Translations under genes and position numbers: made by a program
Notes under the pieces: model-generated
The model's database searches: none
Told to the model about the DNA's origin: nothing
The model's input: only the letters and a program-made list of their open reading frames with translations
Shown here: in pieces, positions 12,761 to 25,193 of the stretch
Layout: each line of letters opens with the position of its first letter
Position numbering within the stretch: position 1 is the first letter of the stretch
Origin: Rhina ancylostomus
Lineage: Eukaryota
Direction of reading: 5' to 3'
NCBI GenBank assembly: GCA_030265395.1
Contig: JARFYF010000051.1
Location: 29,845,038-29,909,037, forward strand
Length of the DNA stretch: 64,000 nucleotides

Positions 12761-13490
12761 GGTTAGCAGAAGCAAAACCAGAAGGACCCTATAATATCCC
12801 AATGTTCATTGCTTCTTGTATTACTGAAGGATTAATGCTTCCTTTAAGTATAAATAATATGTAAATAACTGAAAAACATCAGGCAAGTTATTTCTGTACT
12901 GCTGCAATGTCTCTGAAACTGAATGCTTAAAAGGAACTTGAATATTATAATTGTGGAATGTCAGCATCGTGATTGATGGTATTCATGGAAGATCATTTAA
13001 TTGCTCTCACTACCTGCAGGTCTGAGTTCTTTGTCTATCATCAATGGCATGAGGATCTTTATTTGGCATGTACAATGGAAATCTTCAAAATCTTGGCCTT
13101 TTACACTCCACCTCTCTCCCACTTTCCCGGGCACTATTATTAACAAACTCTTCCATCTTCAGGGTTTTGCTGTCTTTAGTATGGTCACAATATAGTTCAA
13201 TCAAGACTGTACATTGATCCATTTCAAGAACAAAGCATCCACACAAAATAATTTAATCTAAGGCAGATTTATTACGTACAAGCAGATTTTCGAAATATCT
13301 CTCCTGGCACTGACAAAATATTTTGTCAAACTGCCTAATACTTGACATTTATGTTCATCCAGTTTCATTTCCCAATGGCCAAGTTCTTCTGATAGACAAG
13401 ACATTGATTTGTTTAAAGTAGGAAGATATAATTTTGATATAAGCCATCCATTAGCAATTAGAGATATAACTTTACATATCATACATTGTT
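12760..13490 (-). mobile_element. Ancient Gypsy pol (RNaseH-integrase linker/integrase) relic
   Basis: ORF 13258-13482 reads KVISLIANGW…P…EELG…VLGSL, resembling the Gypsy 'IxxGWP…ELS…VIPxSL' linker. Heavily decayed. Confidence 0.4.
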
Positions 13491-14464
13491 TACACGTAAT
13501 GCTAGATTTATTAGATTAAGTCTATCTCCCCACCCATTGAGGTGTAGTTGAAAACAGTTCTTTGTGGTTTGGCAGTTTCCTGTACTCAGGGTAGTGTTGG
13601 ATTTGCTTCAAACCTCAAACCACTGAGGAAAAATTGCATAATGTACCAAAGTGCATTGTATTGTGAGACTGATATTTAGGAGCACTATGTCACCTGAAAG
13701 ATATTTCTTTCTAGATGTCTGGAGTATAGAAAAGGCAGTACTATATAATCCGCAAGTACGTATTTAAACATTTAAAGTAAATTTTTGTGTATTGTGAGGC
13801 CCAGTGTGAGACAATGATTCAAAACAACTACTTGTGCCAAGTTGTCAAAGATATCTATCAGTAGTAACTAAGGTCAGCTATTCTTCAAAAAATACTAACT
13901 ATAAAACACAAGTATAAAAATATATGGAATCTTTGTAGTCTTACATTTTAAGTTGGTTTTTATTTGCATTTTGGTCAATGAGTTCGAAGCTTTTATCTTA
14001 GGATTATGTCAAAGTTTTGAAAATGTTCATCAGATTTTTATTAATGTAAGTAAAAGTGAGAAAATAACATCTCCATATAAAGGCCTTGATGTTCCATGAG
14101 AATGAATTTAAAATTGCTAAGTTCTGGCAATATGTCTCTGCCTAAGACCAAACTTTCTGAGTTTCCACAATTTGCTGCAGAGTGGCCAGCTGCATCCCAG
14201 CATCACAGGGTTTAGCTTGGGAGAGAGAATTCATAGAGAATCCACTACTTACTGAGGAACCTGAAGATCCAAGCGCCAAATTGGAACCAGCTCAAGGAGT
14301 GCTTCTGTTTTAGTGGAGCTGGACAGCTGCAAGCGAGTTTGATCTTATAACACACCAGAGATGTGAGAGTGGAGACATAGGAAACTGTAGGTACTGGAAT
14401 CTGGAGCAAGTGAGACTGTCTGGCTCTGACATCCAAGTAGCATTTGGCTGAGCTTTGATTCAAG

Positions 14465-15135
14465 AAGTCCTGGTAAAAATGAAGGCAATGGCCTCATAAG
14501 GAAAACACTCAACTGGCTGATTTAATGTTGCATAATGGAAGATGGTTGTGGTTATTAGAGGTCAATCATCTCAGCCCAGGACAAAACTACTGGAGTTCTC
14601 CAGGTTATTATCCTGAGCTCAGTTATCTTAGGTCCAAAGTGAGGATGTTTGCTGATTGCATAATGATCACTTGGATTCACAACTTCTCAGGAAATAATGC
14701 AGTCAATGTATGCATGCAGCAAGACTAAGACAACATCCAGCTTTGGCTGAAGTGTCAAGTAACAAAGTCAAACCACTCAGCCACAGTGCCAGGCAGTGAT
14801 ATTTTACAGCAAGTGAAAATGTAAATACCCACCCTTGTTGATATGAAATATGCTGATTACCAACTCCTGGAGTCATCACTGATCAGAAACTCAGCTGGAG
14901 CAGCTGCTTAAATAGCATGGCAACAAGAGTAGGTCAGAGGCTGGTAGTCTGTGGCGATTGACTGACTTCCTACTCTTCCCTTGCCGAGATTACTTGAAAG
15001 GTTCAGCAGTCTCCAGGACAAAGCAGTATTCTTTATCTGCTGGCGCACTGTGACAGCAGTGTGTGCCACTGGTGAAGTCTTCTGCTGTTATTCACTAATC
15101 TGCTCTGATAGCACCTGCCAAATCTTTGATATCTG
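14465..15135 (+). mobile_element. Old CR1/L2-group LINE RT fragment
   Basis: SKVRMFADC is a decayed FADD motif. The downstream sequence is homologous to the reverse complement of 41130-41730. Confidence 0.6.
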
Positions 15136-15549
15136 CCACAGCAGTAGGCTCAGTAGATAGCAATAAATAATGAGCAATACCTGCAGGAAGAGCTGCTAAG
15201 TACGCCAGTAAACACTGGAACTATGCAATTTGCTGCATATTCCACAAATTGGCTGAAAAGTTGTGCTGCTTCTTCCCATCGTGCCCGAGAGAAGCAGGAT
15301 TTATAAGGTTCTGAATGCAGGCCATGGGAAGCAGAACAACTGTGTGATAGTGAGGAGTCAGCAAGTCTGGCCAGCTGGGGTATTTGTGTCACCAGAGAGA
15401 GAGCATTTACAATACTGTCATGGAACAAAGCTCCATATGTCTGAATTTTGTCCAAAGAAGCTTTTAGAAATACTGATATGCAGAAGTTGTTTGTTCACAC
15501 ATAGTACATGTTTGGCTTTGTTCAACAGTAAAATCTAAGAGCTGGGAAG

Positions 15550-16440
15550 TTTAAAAAATTTTATTTCCTCATTTAAAATGTACTCTTCTTGTAGTTATTA
15601 AAATTGTTTTGGTCAACTGACACAGGTGCCGTACAGGCAAAGGGAAAAGAACTGATGTACTGTTTGTTCAGAACAACAGGAGTCAAAGGAAATGCTGCAA
15701 TTTGTGTTGGTTGTGGAGTGGCATTTTGCCTTAAAAGTCAAACACTCAGCCACAGAATCACAGGACAGGATCTAGATTCAAAAGAGGGGAGCCAGTCACT
15801 TCCCAAAAGAAGTTGGGAGGTAGAGCACTGAGGCAGGAGCAATATTGAGATGGGGCTGCAGTGAGAGAAGTGAACTGGTCATTCAATGGAAGATATTTCT
15901 CACGGCATCATTGGTTGTCTGATTACTGGAGTGGTTGTGAGTACAGCACATGATTTTGCTCATAGCAAGGAGGAATTGAGAGTCTGAAAGACAATGGTAG
16001 TGTCAGCTGTTTCATTAAGATTGTTATTATCTCTCAACTCAAATATAGGCATTTCACTGCAGTATAGGGAATTCTGGTTTGTTGTCATGACTTCTGCACA
16101 GCAGCAGTAATCACATCACCGGCCCAATGTAAATATAGAGGGCAGAAGAAGACTTCAGTCCTTCAGATTTGATGAGCCAGCCAGGAACATGAATGGGGGA
16201 TGTCAGAATGGATGAGCAGGAGTGATGTATTTTGCTGGTAAATTACCTCTTAACAAGTGTGAAGTCTGAGTTATCCAGGCAGGGAATTATCCATTGCATG
16301 AAGTTGAACACAGGAGATCATGTTTATGGAAAATTCATCATCAGCATATTCAATGCAAAGACAATGGATTGAAAAAGAAGACAAAGCTGCAGGATTCTGT
16401 ACCTAAGATAGAAAAGTTGTTGAGTGAACAAGAGTCTGTT
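15550..16440 (+). mobile_element. Possible ancient Gypsy relic (Gag Zn-knuckle, integrase C-terminus)
   Basis: ICVGCG followed by a frameshifted HFA resembles a CxxCxxxGH knuckle. VEHRRSCLWKIHHQHI resembles the integrase tail WKRHxDQL. Confidence 0.3.
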
Positions 16441-16444
16441 GTAA

Positions 16445-17345
16445 GTCATAGAATTATAGAATGGTTACAGCACATTGGGAAGACAATTGCCCCATCATGT
16501 TCACACTTGCAATTTACTTGTTCTGCTTTCCTAGCCTCTTTGCCATAAACTTGCACTTTTCTCCTCACCCTATATTTATCCAATTCCCTCTTAAAGGCCA
16601 CAATGAAACCTGTCTTCACAACATCTGTTTGAGATTCCAATCATGCACTGTATAAAAACCTTTTCCTCATGTCATTCTAATGCTCTTCCCCTTTATTTCA
16701 TATATGTGACTTCCAGTCCTTGAAGTTTCCACTAACAGAACAGCTTTCTCCTATCCATTCTGTCCGAACTCCTTAGATCTCCCCACAGCCTTCTCTTCTC
16801 CAAAGAAAACAATCCCAGTCTCTCCGATCTGTCCTTGTAATCTCACCCCAGGAACAATTCTCATAGTTCTTTTCTGGACCCTCTCTACTGCCTTCATGTC
16901 CTTTCCTATCATGATGAGACCAGAATTGAACACAATATCCCACTTCAAGATGGACCAGTGTTTTATCCATTTTTTGCATGACTTCTTTTATGCCCTATTC
17001 CTCTATTGATAAAGCCCAGAATTGTGTATCCCTTATTCACCACTTCCTTTTCCTGCCACCACCAATGTCTTGTGCACCCACACCCCCAGGTCCCTCTGTT
17101 CCTGCACCACTTCTAGAACTGTATACTTTCTTCCAGTTTGCCTCTCCTTGTTCTTCCTTCCAAAATGCATCACTTTACATTTTTTCACATTAAACTTCAT
17201 TGGCCACTTGTTTGCCCATTCCAGCTTGTTTGAATCCTGCTGCTTCTATTACTATATTCTTCACACTTTGGAATAATGCCATGTTTTTTGTCGAGCACAA
17301 ATTTAGAAATTGTAGCTTGCGCCCCTAAATCCAGGAATTAATATG
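16445..17345 (-). mobile_element. CR1 LINE 3' fragment
   Basis: YCVQFWSHH and AVERVQKR occur in ORFs 16751-16979. A CR1 3' tail (tcatagaattatagaa) is at 16446. Confidence 0.8.
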
Positions 17346-17970
17346 GATCAAGAAAGCAAAGGACTCAGAAAAGAGCTAGAAGAGGAAAGTGACTCAAGGT
17401 AAAGGTCGGAGGAAGCACAAAAGAATGACAGAGAAATGGGTGTTAGCAAGNNNNNNNNNNNNNNNNNNNNNNNNNNNNNNNNNNNNNNNNNNNNNNNNNN
17501 NNNNNNNNNNNNNNNNNNNNNNNNNNNNAGGCTGTGTATCCCTCCTTGTTCCTCAACACCCAACCCACCCATTCCCACACTGATGAAAATAAATAGTCAA
17601 GCAGAACATACAGAGTGTGGGATAATTTAAAAATACAAAGAAGCTTAGTGTGGATATAATAGCTGACACAGAATCTGTTGTATAACCTGGAAGAGGGAGA
17701 ATGTGGTACGAATATTATGAGTACCAGAAGAGTAAATATGGGGAGACAGGCCATGTGCTGCTCCACTACCTCCTGGGGTATTTCTGCTCTGGAATTTATG
17801 CAGCAGAGACCACATCACCCTCAGGCTGATGGGGCACCCAAGGGAGCTCAAAATGTAGTAGATCATGACTTTGTCCTCCCATTCAATACAACTGAATTAA
17901 GGAAATTACAGTAACCCAGCTACGGATAGGATGGACCATATTGGCCATTTTCTTGAGGTCAAACAGGTGG
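17345..17970 (+). mobile_element. Possible ERV gag fragment
   Basis: A charged coiled-coil stretch (KGLRKELEEE) is followed by VLPFNTTELRKL, which resembles HKPFTLKEKL in the gag at ~57750. Multiple stops. Confidence 0.35.
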
Positions 17971-17973
17971 CAA

Positions 17974-18831
17974 TGTTGTGGCTTTGAATGAGCTACACAG
18001 GGACTAGATCTGTAGATGTAATGGGTACTTACTGCATTTAGAACAAGCAGGCTTTTAGGAGGAGACCTAGTGGAAGAATCTCCTGGGAGAATATCTCAGA
18101 AGAATCTCTCAGAACTCAAAGTACATTGAGGTTTTTATACCCTTTAAGCACAAATATAACAGGAGACTAAATACGATTTCAATAGTTTGCAAAATTTCCT
18201 TCAACTTTATTGGGTGTAGACATCTGATTTACATATTTATAGTGGGAGCATATATCAACTAATAACACCACCTCTGAATATTCAAACACTTCTATCGGGA
18301 ATTCAGACACCCAAAATGGCCTTCTTTTACCACTGTATGGAGGGATGACTCACTGGATGCACAAACATCCAGATATGGATTGACAGATCAAATACGTCTA
18401 TGACCATGTATTGTGGCAAGATCGTTTGTCAGGATCCTTCTCTGATCTCATCCAGGGGTTTCAGTGTAGTCCAATTAACACAGACATTGATGTATTGTTT
18501 CCCTGTGTGGCAAAGCTCAGGCTGTCCCATGCCTAATACCTAGTTTCAAAGCTCGGATAATATGGATGTATGTCACATTATTTAATTAATTTAGCTTGTA
18601 TCTTCATACAAGTGTCAATAGAAGAGTTTGTCTTGTCAGTTCCAAGGTATTTATTTTAAGTGGCCTCCCTCTGTGAGCTCCTAGCCCATTCTCTTTGCAG
18701 ACCATAGTTTTGTTTACACAGTCATTCTTGTAATTTCAGAACTGATTAAGTGATAATAACCCTGATTCTGATTTTGAATGAATGATGAGGTAGAAAGGAA
18801 TAGTTGTTGCTATTCACATCAAGCTTTAACA
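17974..18831 (-). mobile_element. Solo ERV LTR
   Basis: Bounded by tgttgtg (17974) and tttaaca (18831). gaatctctcagaactcaaagtacattgaggttttta matches the reverse complement of 33338-33373, and the segment also aligns with 11448-12202. Confidence 0.8.
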
Positions 18832-18839
18832 CAAATGCT

Positions 18840-19990
18840 GGATGCCTGCTGACACTAAATTGTGGAATGGGACTCATGAGAATTTAAAACATTGGAAGAG
18901 GTAGGGAAGATCCCTTCAAAGACTTGGCTGATACTCCACAAGTACATCACTGAAACTCTCATTGTGTTCATTGGTGATTTTGGCAATCCTCAGTAAAGGT
19001 TATGGGAGGAATGCAGTGGGGTTGTGTACAGTTACAGAGAGTTCCTTTAAATCACTGGCTGTGGACCCTGCTTTGACACTCATGGCTGTATCTGCAAGCT
19101 AGTTTTCTGGTTTTGATCCTGAAAGTAACAAAGTTAACAGGCAGATGCAGCATGTGGTTAATAGAGCAAATAGCAATAGGGAAGTTTAATTACAATTATA
19201 ACAGTTATAGATAATTGCTTTATCTACTACAGAATAGGATTCCTTGCATAAGAATTCAAAGCCCCCAACCTCAGAAAATTCCAGTCTATCAGCTGGTCCC
19301 CTATATCCTGCTCATGAAGTTTGCCTGGAGCCAAATGCAACTGATCTTGCTGATGAGGTTTCCCCAGATTGTGGGTGACCCTGAGGTGTATCTGTGTAAC
19401 ATTTCCCATAACTCCTTTACATTCTTGTCCTAATCTAGCACCTTAACTGGCTAAGTTGAAATATGCATGGGTCATGTGGAGACTCCCTGAAATGCTACTT
19501 CTAATGTCCATTAGGATCAATAGAAGTTACTCATGCCATTTTGTGGACTATCCTTTAGTGGACCTTACAACATGTTAGCTTCAAACTCCACTTTATTCTC
19601 TCCACATTCCCTGGTGACTGCCAGTTATAAACCACATGCCATTTACCTTCTATGCCTTGTAACTTCAAGGTGGCCTTCATGTCTACCAGATATCCTCCTC
19701 TCTTCCTCTACTATAACAATTAAGATGCTCTTTCCCGCTGATTGGCCACCAGTATTCAGACTGGACATGACCACTGGGCACTTGTTTCCCCTCTTCTTCA
19801 TGCACTACATGATCTTCCTGTGCAATTTCAAATTTCCTGGCCCACCTGATTGTTTCCTTGATCAGGCCCTTGGTACTCACCCCACCAGCTCAGGGTTGGC
19901 TGGGCTGCAGTCTCATTTTTCCTGTCAGTGGCTGCCCATGTCCTTGTTTAAAATGACCTTTAGCCACAATTATAACATTCCCCTATGTTG
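18840..19990 (-). mobile_element. Ancient Gypsy integrase relic
   Basis: The minus strand at ~19650-19690 reads RHEGHLEVTRHRR, resembling the HEGHLGIEKCKRR integrase Zn-binding motif. The rest is highly decayed. Confidence 0.35.
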
Positions 19991-20396
19991 AGGCTTTTCC
20001 TTACCAGCAATATCACAGGAGCATAAACAGAAGAATGCAAGAAAGCAGGAGTGATGGTAGGACATCACAAGCCTGCCATGCAATCCAACATGATCATGTT
20101 TTTTTTAAACCTGAGTCTGAAGTGTAAGGGTTGAACAAAGGTTAAATGTGTATTTTCATGGCCAGGTGTATGTGGAGGGGCTAAAAACAATTGCATCATT
20201 ATGTAGCATGGTTTGGAGGTGAGATTTCAGTCTTATCAAAACAGTTGAAAAACTGATGAAACAAACTAACCAATCGCAACTAACCAAAAAAAATCATAAC
20301 ACTTAAATATAATGGAATTAAGGAGGGAGAGATCATCATGATGGGATATTGACATCAGTAGTGAAATTCATTCATGAATTGTATAATTTACATTTA

Positions 20397-20585
20397 AACA
20401 TAGAACATTACAGCCCAGTACAGGTCCTTCAGCCCATAATGTTGTGCCAACATTTTATCCTGCTCTAAGATCTAGCTAACCCTTCCCTCCCACATAGCCC
20501 TCCATTTCTCTATCATTTATGTGTCTATCTAAGAGTCTCTTAAATGTCCCTAATATATCTGCCCCACAACCTCTGCTGGCAGTGC
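20397..20585 (-). mobile_element. Young CR1 3' end
   Basis: Near-identical to 21395-21585. Confidence 0.85.
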
Positions 20586-20685
20586 NNNNNNNNNNNNNNN
20601 NNNNNNNNNNNNNNNNNNNNNNNNNNNNNNNNNNNNNNNNNNNNNNNNNNNNNNNNNNNNNNNNNNNNNNNNNNNNNNNNNNNNN

Positions 20686-20855
20686 GCACGCCCACAACTT
20701 CCTAACCCGTACGTCTTTGGAATGTGGGAGGAAACCGGAGCACCCGGAGGAAATCCACGCAGTCACGGGGAGAACGCACAAACTCCTTACAGACAGTGGC
20801 TGGAACTGAACCCGGGTCGTTGGCGCTGTAATAGCATTACGCTAACTGCTACAGT
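20686..20855 (-). mobile_element. V-domain SINE (same family as 6545-6803)
   Basis: gcacgcccacaacttcctaa…caaactccttacagacagtggc is shared with 6664-6771; the tRNA-like head is on the minus strand. Confidence 0.8.
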
Positions 20856-20944
20856 ACACTATTTTGTAACTTACAGTAATTTTTATGTCTTTGCACTGTA
20901 CTGCTGCCGCAAAACAGCAAATTTCACCTGATTCTGAATCCGAT

Positions 20945-21390
20945 TCATTTGTCTAAACACCTCTTAAACGTAGCAATTGTATCTGATTCCACCACCGCCT
21001 CAGGCAGCGTGTTTCGGATATCAACCACTCTGTAAAAAACATCAGAAGTCATGGGCTCACTGCAACTTGTCCTTCTAGCTAAGGAACGAATACAGATTAC
21101 AAATAGTTGAAGCCTCAGCACTGATCTCTGTGGCACCCATTAGTTGCAGCTTGCCAACCTGTAATTGGGTCATTTATCCTGACTCTGTTTTCTGTCAGTC
21201 TATCCTCTAATATAGTAACCCCAATGCCTTGTGCAATAACCTTCTATGTGGTACCTTATTGAAAAACCAAATATACTACATCAAGGGGTTCCCCTTTGTC
21301 TATCCTCCTTGTTAAGCCTCAGAGAAGTCTAATGTATTTGTCAAACATCTCCCTTTCATAAAGCTCTATTTGATTATATTGTGATATTCT
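20945..21390 (-). mobile_element. CR1 LINE fragments
   Basis: PQRSVLRLQLF is a decayed PQGSVLGP motif; RNTLPEAVVESDTIATFKRCLDK is a CR1 C-terminal motif. Confidence 0.7.
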
Positions 21391-21391
21391 A

Positions 21392-22096
21392 AACATAACA
21401 TAGAACAGTACAGCACAGTATAGGCCCTTCGGCCCACAATGTTGTGCTGATATTTTAATCCTGCTCTAAGATCTATCTAACTCTTCCCTCTCACATAGCC
21501 CTCCATTTCTCTATCATTCATGTGTCTATCTTCGAGTCTCTTAAATGTCCCTGATGTATCTACCCCAACAACCTCTGACGGCAGTGTGTTCCATGCACCC
21601 ACCAGTCTCTGAGTAAAAAACTTACCCCTGACATCCCCCTTATACCTTCCCCCAATCACCTTAAAATTATGCCCCCTCGTGTTAGCCATTATCGCCCTGG
21701 GAAAAAGTCTCTGACTGTCCACTCGATCTATGTCTCTTATCATCTTGTACACCTCAATCAAGTCACCTCTCATCCTCCTTCTCTCCAAAGAGAAAAGCTC
21801 TAGCTCGCTCAACCTATCCTCATAAGACCTGCTCTCCAATCCAGGCAGCATCCTGGTAAATCTCCTCTGCACCCATTCTAAAGCTTCCACGTCCTTCTGA
21901 TAATGAGGTGACCAGAACTGAACACAATACTCCAAGTGTGGTCTGACCAGAGTTCTATAGAGCAGCAACATCACCTCACGGCTCTTGAACTCAATACCAA
22001 TGAAGGCAAACACTCCATACTCCTTAACAACCCTATTGACCCTGGCAGCAACCTTGAGGGATCTATGGATATAGACCCCAAGATCCCTCTGTTCCT
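21392..22096 (-). mobile_element. Young 5'-truncated CR1 LINE, ORF2 C-terminus largely intact
   Basis: 178-aa ORF LYRTLVRPHLEYCVQFWSPH…RRRMRGDLIEVYKM…NTRGHNFK…FFTQRLVGAWNTLP, plus 3'UTR and microsatellite tail tgttctatgttatgtt. Confidence 0.95.
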
Positions 22097-23959
22097 CCAG
22101 AATTTATGTTTTTCTTCTGAATGTTGTGTCTCATGCGATGTGGCTGTGATGCTGCTGCAAGGAAGATTTTCATTGCAGCTGTGCATAAATGTGCATGTGA
22201 CAATAGACTCGACTTTGACTTTGAATTTTGTCACATATTCTTGCTCTATCATTACTGCTCATCACATAACAGTTGATTGTGGGGCTATGTCTTGAACAGA
22301 ATAGATAGGCCAAGTCAAGGCTAGTTCCAGCCCAGTCAATAACTATATTTCCACTGAACAATACATCTTGACGTTAAACTCATCCCAATGCCCAATCAGA
22401 TTGTGACCTTGATCCAAGTTGTTTGAGTTTGTGTTACTGAACTATCAATATATGATTAAGCTCTCTGTGTCGCTATGTACTTATGTCTGTGAGTTGTGTG
22501 TGTGAGGGCTTCTTGTATTTGAATGAAAAACTCAGCCATTTATGTTGTTCATTCTCTTGGGTCGAGGTGGGTTTGAGGGAATTATGAGCTTTGGAGAGTT
22601 GGGAAAGTTTGGTTGCTGTTATCTGTCATCAGGGACCATTTTGTCTACATTTTAATAATCTATTTCTACAAAGACTTGGCTTATTCTAAAATTGGTTGCT
22701 GTTCAGTCAAACTACTGGAAGATTTTAAGACTACTCTCCAACGCCATACCCCCACACTCTCCATCCACCCCCCCCATGCCCACCTTTCTCTTCTCAATTC
22801 TCAATTGCAGATTTTCCTCAGGCATTTCACTGTATGCCATCACTGTGGAGGAAGACCAGTCCAGTTTACAGGGCAGAAGATTCAAGCAATCTGATATGAC
22901 CTGTCCTGCCCTGCCTACCTCTTTGTTGGAAGAGTTCCCACCAAGGAGTGTACAAAATAACAGTTCATTTGTTATGTTCCAAAGACATTCAAGGTCTATT
23001 CCTCAACTACATCACTTTTAAAAAAAACTATACTCTTTCTAACTCAATGAAATTTTGCTGTGTATAGATTGGCTGATACCCTTTCCTATAATGCAAAAAA
23101 CACTGCTCTGGCTGTGAATTATCATGTGATGTCTTGAGATATGTTATATATTTATGTTATATTTATATTCTTATTTAGACATTTTTTTGTATATAAATAT
23201 GATATATTTATATATGTCATACCACGTTATACAAATCCAAGTTTTCCTTTCTGCTAAGTTACAACATGTGCTTTTTTGTGACCTGCTACCTGATGATTTC
23301 AGACCCCACATTCAACTACCAGATCCAACAGCAATAATAAAAGGAATTCACTGACATTGTGGCATACTGAGCAATCTTTTCAGACTTTCATATAGTTGCT
23401 TCATATAAGGTGTGGGCCCAGTGAGCTGTCTATGAGCTGTACCCTCAGGGTGATCACCTGGGATGCATTGATTCATCAGTGCAACACACCTTAGCTTATG
23501 TGACACATCATTAGTGGAGTTCAACTTTTGATTGGGAGGGCATGAGTGTCATTGGTACAGTTAATAGTTCAGGTTGTGGTGTGGATATTAATTTCTGACC
23601 AGAACACCTGGCAAGTGAAACAATAGAAAAATCACTATGCAAATCAATGGGCACAATCAAATTGACACACAGACATGATTAGTGCAGATTGTGTACATTT
23701 CATCTGTTGTGATGATAAAAAGCATTTATTTTATGCAATCTGCTTACAGGTCAGAGGTTCCCATGATGAATGTACAGTTTCCAATTATGAGAATCTAGAA
23801 ACTATAAAGGAGTAAATAATTTAGGATTCTTGATTGCTAGATCATTTGTATACGAATAGATAGACGTATAAGAGCGATCATAAAAGTGAATTGAATATTG
23901 CCCTTTAGCCTGAGTGGTTTGGAATACAATTAATAATTAAGAAGGGTAATCCCAGTCAC

Positions 23960-24360
23960 AGTTCAGTTGTTAGTATTCTTGTCTCTGGATCAGAAGGGTC
24001 TGGGTTCAGAGTACAGAAATCTAGGCGGACTCTCAATGCAGTTCTGAACTCTTGAAAGTGCCTTCTTTTGAAGTAGATGTTAAACCAAGCCCCTGCTATA
24101 CTCAAAGGTTAATGTAAAAGTTCTCAGGGCAATATTTTAAACAAGAACAGGAGAAATGTTCCTGGTGTCATGGCCATTATTGAGTCATCAAACAANNNNN
24201 NNNNNNNNNNNNNNNNNNNNNNNNNNNNNNNNNNNNNNNNNNNNNNNNNNNATTGTGCAAAGTTGCTGTTACATTTCCTACTTTACAATAGTGATTGTGC
24301 TTTAAGAGTACCTAATTACTTATAAAGTGTTTTATGATGGATGACTTTTATAAATATATC
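23960..24360 (+). mobile_element. Deu-domain SINE (SacSINE1/AmnSINE1-like)
   Basis: gatgttaaaccaagcccc…gtaaaagttctcagggcaatatttt…tcctggtgtcatggcca resembles the Deu-domain consensus. There is a tRNA-like head upstream and a typical tail after the gap. Confidence 0.65.
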
Positions 24361-24384
24361 ATTTTTTGTTGCACTTTTTAAGTT

Positions 24385-24895
24385 GTTTCTTTGAAAGAGC
24401 AATCCAGCCAGTTCCTCTGCCCTGCTTAATCCCAATAATACTGCAAATTTCTCCACTGCCAGTTCTACTTTGAAAGTTGCTATTAAGTATCCTTCCATTC
24501 CAGACAATACATTCCAAATGACAAAAGATTTACCGTATATAAAAAGAATCTCCTGTTGCCTGCAGTTCTTTAGCCAATTAACTTTAAATCCATGTCCTCT
24601 TGTTATTGGCACAAAAGATTATTTCACTTTCTTTATTCTTTCAAACTCATCATTATTTTGAATGGCATTATTAAATCTCCCACCAACCTACTCTGTTCCA
24701 AGGACAAGAAGCTCAGTTTCCTCTTGCTTTTAATATATCTGAATTGTTTTATGTCTGTTAACATTCTGTGGGTCTTTTCTTTCTTCTTTCTAAGGCCTCG
24801 ACATCTCTCCTTAAGTGTGGTGCCCAGAACTGGACGCAGAAATCCAGCCGAGGCTAACTAGAGTTTAATAAAAGTTAAGCATTACTTCCTTGCCT
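24385..24895 (-). mobile_element. Old CR1 fragment
   Basis: ITRGHGFKV…VIWNVL in ORF 24316-24612; cccagaactggacgcagaa is the reverse complement of a CVQFW-encoding stretch. Confidence 0.7.
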
Positions 24896-25193
24896 TTAAG
24901 CTCTGCAAGGCAGAAGTGGAGGGTGAAGGGCAACAGGAAAAAGGAATTTCGATGCCCAAGAACAGATGGTTAAAGTTTTTGATTCTGAGTGCAGGCCAAC
25001 TCTGACTTTCAGGTTTAACTGAGTTACGTATGGATATAGTTGAATATTCATCGAAGTTAGGAATTTATTTATTGCAGATGGGCAATTATTTATTGCTTCA
25101 ATTAACATCTTTAGTTAACATTGATGAAATATTCGTAAATTGCTTCTAGCATTGCACCAAATATAATGTATACAATCTAGATCTCCCAAGCCC

